DNA from: Verrucomicrobiales bacterium
GTDB taxonomy: Bacteria > Verrucomicrobiota > Verrucomicrobiia > Limisphaerales > J093
Assembly: GCA_037439785.1 (NCBI GenBank)
Contig: JBBIVJ010000021.1
Location: forward strand, 8,077 to 72,076
DNA length: 64,000 nt
Reading direction: 5' to 3'
The notes below the pieces were generated by a model. It was not told where the DNA came from and ran no database searches. It worked only from the letters and a program-made list of their open reading frames with translations. The translations under genes and the position numbers were made by a program. This document shows positions 1 through 7,777 of the stretch, one piece after another (position 1 is the stretch's first letter; every line of letters starts with the position of its first letter).

Positions 1-1
1 C

Positions 2-349
2 TACAGCCTCCACATGGCCGACTGCGGCACCGACAATTTCGACCGCGACTTTGCCCTCAGCCTCCTCTCCGCCGACCAGGATGCCCTGTACGAGATTGAC
101 GAGGCCATCAAGCGCATCCTCAAGGGCACCTACGGCATCTGCGAGTTGACCCACAAACCCATCCCCAAGGCGCGCCTGGACGCCATCCCGTGGACCCGTT
201 TCACCGTCGAGGCCCAGGCCCAGTTGGAGCGCGAGGGCGCCGTGCGCCAGCGCAAGCTCGGGATTCTGGGGGTGGTGGACGTCGTGGTCCCCCACGAAGT
301 CGAAGAAGACCTCGAGGAGGAGGAAAAACCCGCCAAGGAAAAGGAGTAG
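2..349 (+). CDS. DksA/TraR-family protein, C-terminal part (5' end lies outside the window); finger cysteines mostly replaced
   Basis: The frame is open from the window edge, with no stop before the first Met at 14. ...GTYGICELTHKPIPKARLDAIPWTRFTVEAQ... aligns to the DksA/TraR C4 finger region but reads C-x2-T-x17-T-x2-A. The tail is acidic. Confidence 0.6.
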   Translation, partial: YSLHMADCGTDNFDRDFALSLLSADQDALYEIDEAIKRILKGTYGICELTHKPIPKARLDAIPWTRFTVEAQAQLEREGAVRQRKLGILGVVDVVVPHEVEEDLEEEEKPAKEKE

Positions 350-355
350 TTGCCC

Positions 356-523
356 ATGCCCCGCGAAATCGTCACCCTCGAGTGCACGGAAGCCCGCAAG
401 GAGGGCAAGCCGCCCTCCCGCTACCAGGCCAGCCGCAATAAAAAGCTCCAGACCGAACGGCTGGAGATGATGAAGTACAACAAGTTCCTCCGCCGGCACA
501 CGCTCCACCGCGAAATCAAGTAA
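356..523 (+). CDS. rpmG: 50S ribosomal protein L33
   Basis: 55-aa ORF translated by hand (below the ORF-track size cutoff): [55 protein letters not shown]. It has the L33 pattern ...ITLECTE...SRNKK...LE..KY....R.HTLH.E.K. Confidence 0.85.
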   Translation: MPREIVTLECTEARKEGKPPSRYQASRNKKLQTERLEMMKYNKFLRRHTLHREIK

Positions 524-528
524 GCGCC

Positions 529-783
529 ATGCCCCGCAAGACCCATCTCGAACGTAACGAGTCCCGCCGCCGCACGGCGCCGGAAATCCGCACCGCCCGG
601 CCGCGCCCCACCGTGGATTTCCCCATCGAGGCCCTGGATTCCAAAAACGTCAACCTGCTCAAGCGCTTCGTGACAGACGCGGGCCGCATCCTGCCCCGCA
701 AGTACACCGGCCTCCCGGCCCGCTTCCAGCGGCGCATGACCCGCGCGGTCAAACGCGCCCGTCAGATGCTCCTGATGAAATAG
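529..783 (+). CDS. rpsR: 30S ribosomal protein S18
   Basis: LLKRFVTDAGRILPRKYTGLPARFQRRMTRAVKRARQMLLM matches the conserved S18 core. The ATG lies 5 nt after the rpmG stop. Confidence 0.9.
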   Translation: MPRKTHLERNESRRRTAPEIRTARPRPTVDFPIEALDSKNVNLLKRFVTDAGRILPRKYTGLPARFQRRMTRAVKRARQMLLMK

Positions 784-990
784 CGCCGCGCCGCCGCGGG
801 GGGCGGCATCCCCTGCTCTCCCGCCGCGCCGGAGGGCTGAAGACTGCGGCGGCCGGCCTGGCGCAGCGCGGACACCGCCCGTAGCACCGGCGGACCAGCC
901 GCCGACCCCGCCAACCCCTCATGGTCACCTCCGCTTGGCCGGACGCCCCTCAGCGGCCGGGAGATTGCCGCCGCCCTCCCGGCGAGAGGT

Positions 991-1019
991 TTGACCCCCT
1001 CGCACTTTTCCCCTAGGCT
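991..1019 (+). promoter_or_regulatory. Sigma70-like promoter upstream of serA (TTGACC-17 nt-TAGGCT)
   Basis: TTGACC at 991-996, a 17-nt spacer, then TAGGCT at 1014-1019. The -10 ends 9 nt before the GTG at 1029. This is a sequence match only. Confidence 0.35.
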
Positions 1020-1028
1020 GGCGCGCCA

Positions 1029-2651
1029 GTGCTGGTTGTTCCCATGGCCACCATGAAGATCGTTGTGTGCGACCCGGTGTCGCCCAAGGGCATTGCCCTG
1101 CTGCAACAGCGTCCCGAGTTCGAGGTCCTGGTCCTGGACAAACGCCTTTCCCCGGCCGAGCTCCAACCCGTGGTGGCCGACGCGGCCGCCCTGGTGGTGC
1201 GCTCCGAGACCAAGGTGACCCGCGAAGTCATCGAAGCTGCCCCGGCCCTGCGGGTGGTGGGTCGCGCGGGGGTGGGGGTGGACAATGTGGACGTCGAGGC
1301 GGCCACGGATCGCGGCGTGGTGGTCATGAACACGCCCGGTGGCAACACCCTGACCACGGCCGAACTTACCCTGGCGTTGCTCCTGAACCTGGCCCGCAAG
1401 GTGCCCCTGGCCCACGCCAGCATGGTGGCCGGCAAGTGGGACCGCAAAGCGTTCCAGGGGATCGAACTGGCCGGCAAGACCCTGGGCATCCTCGGCCTGG
1501 GCCGCATCGGCAGCGAGGTCGCCCGGCGCGCGGCCGCCTTCAACATGCGCGTGCTCGGGTACGATCCCTTCCTGCCCGATACCCGTGCCCGCGGCCTTGG
1601 GGTCGAACTGGTCCACCAGCTTGATGCCGTCCTGCGCGAGGCCGATTTCCTGACCGTACACATGCCGGTAACCGACCAGACCCGCGGCCTGCTCAATGCC
1701 GCCGCTTTTGCCAAGATGAAGCCCGGTGTGCGCCTGGTGAACTGCGCCCGCGGTGAAATCCTCGTCGAGGCCGACCTGCTCGCCGCGCTGGACTCGGGCA
1801 AGGTGGCCGGGGCCGCCCTGGACGTCTTCGAGACCGAGCCCCTGCCGGCCGAGCATCCGTTCCGCCGTCACCCCGCACTGATCCTCACCCCCCACCTGGG
1901 CGCCAGCACCGTCGAGGCCCAGGAAAAATGCGGCATCGAAGTGGCCGAGGTCATCACCAACTACCTGCTCACCGGCGAGGTGCGCAACGCCGTCAATCTG
2001 CCGCATCTGGACGCCCGCACCTACGAGCAGGTCAAACCCTACCTCACCCTGGGCGAAAAACTGGGCCACCTGCTCGGCCAGTTGGCGCCGCCGCAGGTCG
2101 ACCGGCTCTTCATCACCTTCGGGGGCAAGGCCCGCGAGCTGCCCACCACCGACCCCGTCACCCGCGCCGTCCTCCAGGGCTTCCTCCAGCGCACGCCGCT
2201 GGACAATCTCAACAACGTCAACGTGCGCAGCATCGCCGCCGCCCAGGGGCTGACCGTCGAGGAAAAGCGGTCGGACGAGCCGGTCACCTTCAACGAGTGG
2301 CTCCACGTCCAGGTTTTCAGTGCCGGCCGCAAGGTGATCTCGGCCGGCGGCACCTTCTTCGGTTCGCCGGACAACCCGCGCATCGTCCGCGTCTTCGGCC
2401 AGCCCACCGAAATTGTGCCCTTCGGCGTGGTCTTCATGCTCAACAACAAGGACCGGCCCGGCATGGTGGGCCATCTGGGCACGTTGCTCGGCCGCCACCA
2501 CGTCAACATCGCCAGCATGAGCCTCAATCGCGACGTCGCCGGCGGCCAGGCCTTCACGGTGTTCAACCTCGACAGCGTGCCACCGTCCGAAGTGCTGGAA
2601 GAGCTGCGCCGCGATCCCGACATCGCCAACCTCCATGTGGTCACCTTGTAA
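1029..2651 (+). CDS. serA: D-3-phosphoglycerate dehydrogenase (long form with C-terminal ASB/ACT domains)
   Basis: MKIVVCD...GIELAGKTLGILGLGRIGSEVA (NAD-binding GxGxxG)...NCARGEI...ALDVFE.EP, plus an ACT-like C-terminus. The start is ambiguous: GTG 1029, ATG 1044 or ATG 1053. Confidence 0.9.
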   Translation: MLVVPMATMKIVVCDPVSPKGIALLQQRPEFEVLVLDKRLSPAELQPVVADAAALVVRSETKVTREVIEAAPALRVVGRAGVGVDNVDVEAATDRGVVVMNTPGGNTLTTAELTLALLLNLARKVPLAHASMVAGKWDRKAFQGIELAGKTLGILGLGRIGSEVARRAAAFNMRVLGYDPFLPDTRARGLGVELVHQLDAVLREADFLTVHMPVTDQTRGLLNAAAFAKMKPGVRLVNCARGEILVEADLLAALDSGKVAGAALDVFETEPLPAEHPFRRHPALILTPHLGASTVEAQEKCGIEVAEVITNYLLTGEVRNAVNLPHLDARTYEQVKPYLTLGEKLGHLLGQLAPPQVDRLFITFGGKARELPTTDPVTRAVLQGFLQRTPLDNLNNVNVRSIAAAQGLTVEEKRSDEPVTFNEWLHVQVFSAGRKVISAGGTFFGSPDNPRIVRVFGQPTEIVPFGVVFMLNNKDRPGMVGHLGTLLGRHHVNIASMSLNRDVAGGQAFTVFNLDSVPPSEVLEELRRDPDIANLHVVTL

Positions 2652-3825
2652 TTCTCCCCCCGACCGTTGCCCCCTCTCGCCCCGGCGCCGCGCGGCCGCG
2701 GCCGGGTGGTTGTCTTTGCTTGCCGTGTGTGGGCTGGTCGAGGCGTCCGCCGCCCTGCCTGACAGTCCGGTGGTCGCCCGCGGCAGGGGATTGGAAATCC
2801 GCCAGGCCGAGCTGGACGAGACCCTCACCGCGCTCAAGGGCACCCTGGCCACCCAGGGCCAGGCCATCCCGCGGGAAGAAGAGCCCGCCATGCGCGCGCG
2901 TCTGCTCGACCGCATGATCCTCACCCGCATCCTGCTCCAGCGGGCCACCGACGCCGACAAGGCCCGCGCGCGGGAGCTGGCCGACCGGTTCATCGCCGAC
3001 ACCAAGAAAAAGGCCCCCTCCGAGGCCTCCTACCGGCGCCAGCTCATCGCCACGGGAATGAAGCCGGAGGTCTTCGAGGCGCGCGCCTACGAACAGGCAG
3101 TGGTCGAAACCGTCATCGAGCGCGAGATCAAGTCGCAACTGACCGTGCCGGCCGAGGACATCCGGGCCTTTTACGAGCAGGGCGAAGACCTCAACACCCG
3201 CGAGCTGGTGGCCACCCTGCGCAAGCTGGAGGCTGCCGGCAACCAGGACACCGTCTTTTACCGCGACGGCACCAACCGCCTGGACTTCATGCGCCGCTCC
3301 AACCTCGGCCGGGTGACCCGCCCCGAGCAGGTGACCGCCGACCTGATCCTGCTCTACACCGTGGATCCGCTGACCCGCGCCCCGCTGCCCGAGGAGGTCC
3401 AGAAGGCCAAGTTCGCCCGCGCCACCAACACCCTCGCCCGCCTCCGGGCCGGAGAGGACTTCGAGAAGGTGGCCCGCGTAGTGTCCGAAGACCCGGACGT
3501 GTCCCGCACCGGCGGCCGCTACCTCGCCACCGCCGCCACCCCCATGGCCCCCGAACTGAAGGAGGCCCTGTTCTCCCTCCCACCGGAGCAGATCAGCGCC
3601 CCCATTCCCACCTCCCTGGGCTTTTACCTCGCCCGTGTTCGCGAGCGCAAACCGGCCATCAAACTCCCCTTCGACCAGGTCGAGGCCGACCTCCGCGACC
3701 TGCTCCTGGCCCAGATGGTCGAAAAGCGCCTCCCGGCCTTCGCCGAATCCCTCCGCCAGGAGTACGCGGTGGTCATCGAAGACCCCGCCCTCAGGCCGCC
3801 CGGCACTCCCCCGGCCGGTCCCTGA
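2635..3825 (+). CDS. Periplasmic peptidyl-prolyl isomerase, SurA/PpiD-like (parvulin domain)
   Basis: Signal-like N-terminus, SurA-N-like helical region, and a parvulin-like block FEKVARVVSEDPDVSRTGGRYL...LGFYLARV. The start overlaps the serA end, so the exact start is uncertain. Confidence 0.7.
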   Translation: MWSPCNSPPDRCPLSPRRRAAAAGWLSLLAVCGLVEASAALPDSPVVARGRGLEIRQAELDETLTALKGTLATQGQAIPREEEPAMRARLLDRMILTRILLQRATDADKARARELADRFIADTKKKAPSEASYRRQLIATGMKPEVFEARAYEQAVVETVIEREIKSQLTVPAEDIRAFYEQGEDLNTRELVATLRKLEAAGNQDTVFYRDGTNRLDFMRRSNLGRVTRPEQVTADLILLYTVDPLTRAPLPEEVQKAKFARATNTLARLRAGEDFEKVARVVSEDPDVSRTGGRYLATAATPMAPELKEALFSLPPEQISAPIPTSLGFYLARVRERKPAIKLPFDQVEADLRDLLLAQMVEKRLPAFAESLRQEYAVVIEDPALRPPGTPPAGP

Positions 3826-4003
3826 CGCCAGCCCCGGCCCTCCGCCAGCCGGCCCCGATTCAATTCCCGCCTTTCCCGCCGGTAGAACCTGCGGGCGGCA
3901 GGGTGCCCCGCCGCAGGGTTGCGATCCCGAACCGCGCCGGGCTGGCGGCGATGCCGCTGCCCGGAGGCTTGCATCGCTGTAAGGGATGCTTTAGCCTTGT
4001 GGC

Positions 4004-5452
4004 ATGAAATCAGCCCGATGTGATTTGTGCTCGCGCCGTCATTTCCTGCAGGCCGGTCTGGCGGCCGGGGCAATGCTCACAGCCGCCGCCTGGCCCGGCC
4101 TGGCCTGGGCGGCCGAAACCCCGGCGGCCCGCTCCCGCAGAAAGGCCCGCATCGGCGTCCTGTTCAGCGGCACGCCCGTGCCCGACCACCGGGACTGGGG
4201 AGCGGATGCCCATCAGGTGGAACGCGTGAAGGCCCGCCTGGCCCGGGCGGAAGCGGAACTGGGCAACGTCGAGCTGGTCCCGGGCTCCGCCACCACCGCC
4301 GAACAGACCGCGGCGTGGCTGAAGGAAGTCGGCCCCGGCGCTCCCATCCTGGCCGTCAACACGGAAAACTTCGCCCTCACCCGCGTGGTGCGGCCGGTTC
4401 TGGACGGCGGCCACCCCCTGCTGGTCTTTGCCCTGCCGGCCAGCGGGCACGATTGGATGTACGCCCACCGCTGGCAGCGCCAGGGTCATCGGGTCACCCT
4501 GTTGCCCACGGGAGACCTGGACGAACTGGAGCGCGCCCTGCGCCTGCTCCGGGTGATCCCCCTGCTGCGGCAGAGCCGGATTCTGCTTTTCCCGCCCGCT
4601 CGCGGCACCGCGCCGGCACAGTCGCCCGAAGCCATCCGGCACCGTTTGGGCGCCCAGGTGGTGACCGTTGAGGAAAAAACCTTCGACGCCCTGATCGCCG
4701 CCGCCGATGACCAGGCGGTGCGGGCCGAAGCCGAACGCTGGACCCGCGAGGCCCGGGCCATCCTCGAACCGACCCCCGAAGACATCTTGCGGGCGGCCCG
4801 CGTCTGCGTGGCCCTGCAACGGCTCATCGAGCAGGAACAGGCCCGGGGCCTGGCCATCGGCACCTGCATGGGCTGGCTGCCCAAAGGGTTCCCCTGTCTG
4901 GGGTTTGCCCGGTTACGGGACGCCGGCATCCCCGCCGCGTGCGAGGGTGACATGGATTCGCTGCTGACCATGCTCCTGTTCCAGTACGCCTTCGACCGGC
5001 CGGGGTTTCAGGGCAATGCCACCTTCGACACCGCCCGCAACGCGCTCTGGATCGCCCACTGCACGGCGCCGTTGAAGATGGACGGGACGGAAGGGCCAGC
5101 GGCGCCCTACCTCTTGCGGGGACACTCGGAAGTGGGGGGCAGCGGCTGCGTGCCCGAGGTCCAATACCGGCCAGGCCAGGTCGTGACCAGCTCCAAGCTG
5201 GTCAATCTGGACACCCTGTTGATCTCGACGGGGCGGATCATCGAGGTGCCGGAAAAGGCGGTCCACGGCTGCCGCACCCAGATTGTGACCGAGGTCCGGG
5301 ACGCGGCACGGATGGCGGCGGCGTGGAGCCTGGGGCTGGAGACCGAAGACGCCATGACCCTCCTGCACCGGGTCGTGTTCTTCGGCGACCATCGGGACAG
5401 CGCCGGTCACCTGGCCCGCCTGCTGGGCATGAAGGTCGTCGAGGAAGGCTGA
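4004..5452 (+). CDS. Twin-arginine-signal protein with a FucI/AraA-like sugar-isomerase-type C-terminal region (function unknown)
   Basis: The N-terminus CSRRHFLQAGLAAGAML...AWA is a Tat-type SRRxFLQ signal. The internal motif IPAACEGDMDSLLTMLLFQ resembles the ACEGD motif of L-fucose/L-arabinose isomerase-like proteins. The family call is from memory only. Confidence 0.55.
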   Translation: MKSARCDLCSRRHFLQAGLAAGAMLTAAAWPGLAWAAETPAARSRRKARIGVLFSGTPVPDHRDWGADAHQVERVKARLARAEAELGNVELVPGSATTAEQTAAWLKEVGPGAPILAVNTENFALTRVVRPVLDGGHPLLVFALPASGHDWMYAHRWQRQGHRVTLLPTGDLDELERALRLLRVIPLLRQSRILLFPPARGTAPAQSPEAIRHRLGAQVVTVEEKTFDALIAAADDQAVRAEAERWTREARAILEPTPEDILRAARVCVALQRLIEQEQARGLAIGTCMGWLPKGFPCLGFARLRDAGIPAACEGDMDSLLTMLLFQYAFDRPGFQGNATFDTARNALWIAHCTAPLKMDGTEGPAAPYLLRGHSEVGGSGCVPEVQYRPGQVVTSSKLVNLDTLLISTGRIIEVPEKAVHGCRTQIVTEVRDAARMAAAWSLGLETEDAMTLLHRVVFFGDHRDSAGHLARLLGMKVVEEG

Positions 5453-5631
5453 AAGCGACCGGCGCAGCCGCCGCGAGGGGATGCGGCTTGTCCCGCTCTC
5501 GCGCGGCCCAGCCATCACAAAAGGTGGCCGTTTGCCCCCCTTGACCTCTCGTCGGGGCGACGCGGTCAAGGGTCAGGAGCAACCGGCAAAGGACGGCCGC
5601 ATTCCAGGACGCTGTCACGCAGCAGCCTTGG

Positions 5632-6201
5632 GTGCTTGCGCCGAGGGGGCCGATGTCGTTCCCTCGGCGCGTGCGAACGTGGCGACGCGGGTTGTACTGG
5701 CTGCCCGCGGTGGTCGGGATGGTGGTGATTTTCATCGGCTCCACCGGGCTGATGGCCCACAGCCGGACCTCGCGGATCATCGGGCCCCTGTTGCGGTGGT
5801 GGTTTCCCGGCATTGCCGAGGAGACGGTCGAGCGGGTGGTGTTTGCGGTGCGCAAGGTGGCGCACGCCGGGGAATATGGTCTGCTGGCCGTGCTGGTGTG
5901 GGTGGGGTTGACGGGTACCTTCCGCCTGCTGGCAACGCCCTGGTGCTGGAAGCGGGCCGGCCGCACGCTGGGGATTTGCGCCCTGTACGCGGTGTCGGAT
6001 GAGGTCCACCAGGCCTTCGTGCCCTCGCGCTTCGGCAATCCGTGGGATGTCCTGCTGGACACCGCGGGAGCGGCGTTGGCGTTGGCGGTGCTGGGCGGCC
6101 TGGGCGTCGGGCGGCGGCGGCGGGCGGCCGCGCGGCGGTCTGCGTCTGCCGCCTCCCCCGAAGTGCGGGCGGCCCTCAACCCGCCGGGGGCTCCGCCTTG
6201 A
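5632..6201 (+). CDS. VanZ-family membrane protein
   Basis: RKVAHAGEYGLLAVL and SDEVHQAFVPSRFGNPWDVLLDTAGAAL are the VanZ-like signature, with 4 TM segments. The start is GTG 5632 or ATG 5653. Confidence 0.75.
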   Translation: MLAPRGPMSFPRRVRTWRRGLYWLPAVVGMVVIFIGSTGLMAHSRTSRIIGPLLRWWFPGIAEETVERVVFAVRKVAHAGEYGLLAVLVWVGLTGTFRLLATPWCWKRAGRTLGICALYAVSDEVHQAFVPSRFGNPWDVLLDTAGAALALAVLGGLGVGRRRRAAARRSASAASPEVRAALNPPGAPP

Positions 6202-6538
6202 GCAGCGTCAGCAGCATCGAGAAGCGCTCGACGGCACGGACGGCATGCGGCAGGCCGGGGGGCATGTAGAGGAGGTCGCCGGCTTTCAGGAGGCGGGTTT
6301 CCCCGGCGAGTTTCCACTCGCAGCGTCCGGTGAGCACCTGGACCAGGGCGTGATGGGGCGAGGTGTGCTCGGTCAGTTCCTGGCCGACGTCGAACCCGAA
6401 CAGCACCACCCGTCCGGAGGAGGTGCGGAGCAGGGTACGGCTGACGATGCCGCGGGCGGCGAACTGCGTTTCCCCGGCCAGATCCAGGACCGACGCGCGG
6501 TCGGGGGCGATCAAGGGCGACTCGTTCATGCCGCGCAC
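6176..6538 (-). CDS. Cupin-domain protein
   Basis: 120 aa. ...GQELTEHTSPHHALVQVLTGRCEW...GDLLYMPPGLPHAVRA has the two-motif cupin pattern G(x)5HxH...G(x)5PxG(x)2H. Confidence 0.75.
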   Translation of the reverse strand: MRGMNESPLIAPDRASVLDLAGETQFAARGIVSRTLLRTSSGRVVLFGFDVGQELTEHTSPHHALVQVLTGRCEWKLAGETRLLKAGDLLYMPPGLPHAVRAVERFSMLLTLLKAEPPAG

Positions 6539-6665
6539 GTTGACCGGATCATGCCCGCGCCGCCTTGATGGGCGTCAAACAGGAGGCGGGTGTGGCCGGT
6601 GCCTCGCGTGGGGGACCCCGGTGTTGGCGCTGGGGCCTGCCGGGTTTTCCTGCGGCTGTGGCCGT

Positions 6666-7754
6666 TCAGTACACCCCTTCGACGATCTGCTTTTCCATCG
6701 CGCCGAAGGGGCGCACGTCGCCGACGCCGTCCCAGGCATAGGGCGGCCGCGGCGGGCGACGGATGGCCTCGTCGCGTTCGAGGAAGCGGGGCATGAAAAA
6801 TTCCCGGGTCATCGTGGTCAGTTCGACGCGCCCGAACTCGCCGTAGGGCACCAGTTCGTCGGTCTGATTCGGATTGACCACGCGCAGCACCGCGCGCGGC
6901 TGTGGGGCGTAGTAGGTGATGCTGAAGTGGTCCTCGGGTTGGAGCGGTACGCTGGCGGCCAGGCCCATGAGGGTGTTGCCGTAGGTGGGGTGGAAGCCAA
7001 TGCGGTTTTCCAGCAGCTCTTCGATGATGAAGCGCACCTCCTGGGGTTTCATCGAGGTGCCGCCGCAGAAAACGCCGCGGATGCCGGCGTCCCAGAGGTT
7101 GATCTTTTCGGCGAGGGCTTCGAGCAGCTTGGGCGTGGTGAACAGGCCGGAGATTTGGCGATGGGTCAGCAGCGTCACGGCCTGGTCCACCACATGGGTC
7201 ATGTAGGCCTTGGCCTCGTCGTAGCGCTTGCCGGCCAGGAGCTTCTTCACCCAGCGCGGGTCCAGGTCCAGGAAGTAGCAGGGGCTGCCCCGCACGTTGG
7301 CCAGGTGCTCGATGGCCAGGCGCAGGCGGCGCGGGCCGGTGGGGCCCATCATGAGCCAGGCGCCGCCGCGGGGGAAATGGGCGTCGGAGAGTTTCTCGCT
7401 GAACTCGGAGTAATCCACCATGTAGTCCTCCCAGCCGATGCGCTGCTTGGGCATGCCGGTGGTGCCGCCGGTCTCGAAGATGTTGTAGGGCCGGCCGCGG
7501 TAGGCCGCCGGCACCCAGACCTCGGGCTGGAGGTCGCGCAGCCATGCATCCTGGAAATGGGGGAAGCGGGCCAGCAGGTCGTCGAAGCTGCGGACTTCGC
7601 GGCGCGGGTCCCAGCCCCCGCGCCGGGCCCAGTCCAGCCAGAACGGGCACCCGGTTTCGGGGCTGAAGTGCCAGGCGAGGATCTCGCGCACGTGGGCATC
7701 GAGCTGCTCGCGCGCGGCGCGGACGGCTTCCGGGGAGACGCTGGGAGTGGGCAT
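6666..7754 (-). CDS. PaaK/F390-synthetase-like adenylate-forming enzyme (short form)
   Basis: FETGGTTGMPKQRI (P-loop-like A3 motif), HPTYGNTLMG (A5-like), GEFGRVELTTMTREFFMPRFLERDEAIR (compare PaaK GELVFT.L.KEALP..RYRTRD). The ATG at 7754 is chosen because the longer track ORF (to 8093) overlaps the symporter. Confidence 0.65.
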   Translation of the reverse strand: MPTPSVSPEAVRAAREQLDAHVREILAWHFSPETGCPFWLDWARRGGWDPRREVRSFDDLLARFPHFQDAWLRDLQPEVWVPAAYRGRPYNIFETGGTTGMPKQRIGWEDYMVDYSEFSEKLSDAHFPRGGAWLMMGPTGPRRLRLAIEHLANVRGSPCYFLDLDPRWVKKLLAGKRYDEAKAYMTHVVDQAVTLLTHRQISGLFTTPKLLEALAEKINLWDAGIRGVFCGGTSMKPQEVRFIIEELLENRIGFHPTYGNTLMGLAASVPLQPEDHFSITYYAPQPRAVLRVVNPNQTDELVPYGEFGRVELTTMTREFFMPRFLERDEAIRRPPRPPYAWDGVGDVRPFGAMEKQIVEGVY

Positions 7755-7777
7755 AAACGGTACAGGGAGCGGGCGCC

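Noticed and set aside
762-3005. 747-aa minus-strand ORF
   Set aside because: It lies antisense to serA and the PPIase gene. Its composition is Arg/Ala/Gly-rich low complexity with no recognisable motif. This is the typical stop-codon-poor antisense frame of GC-rich DNA.
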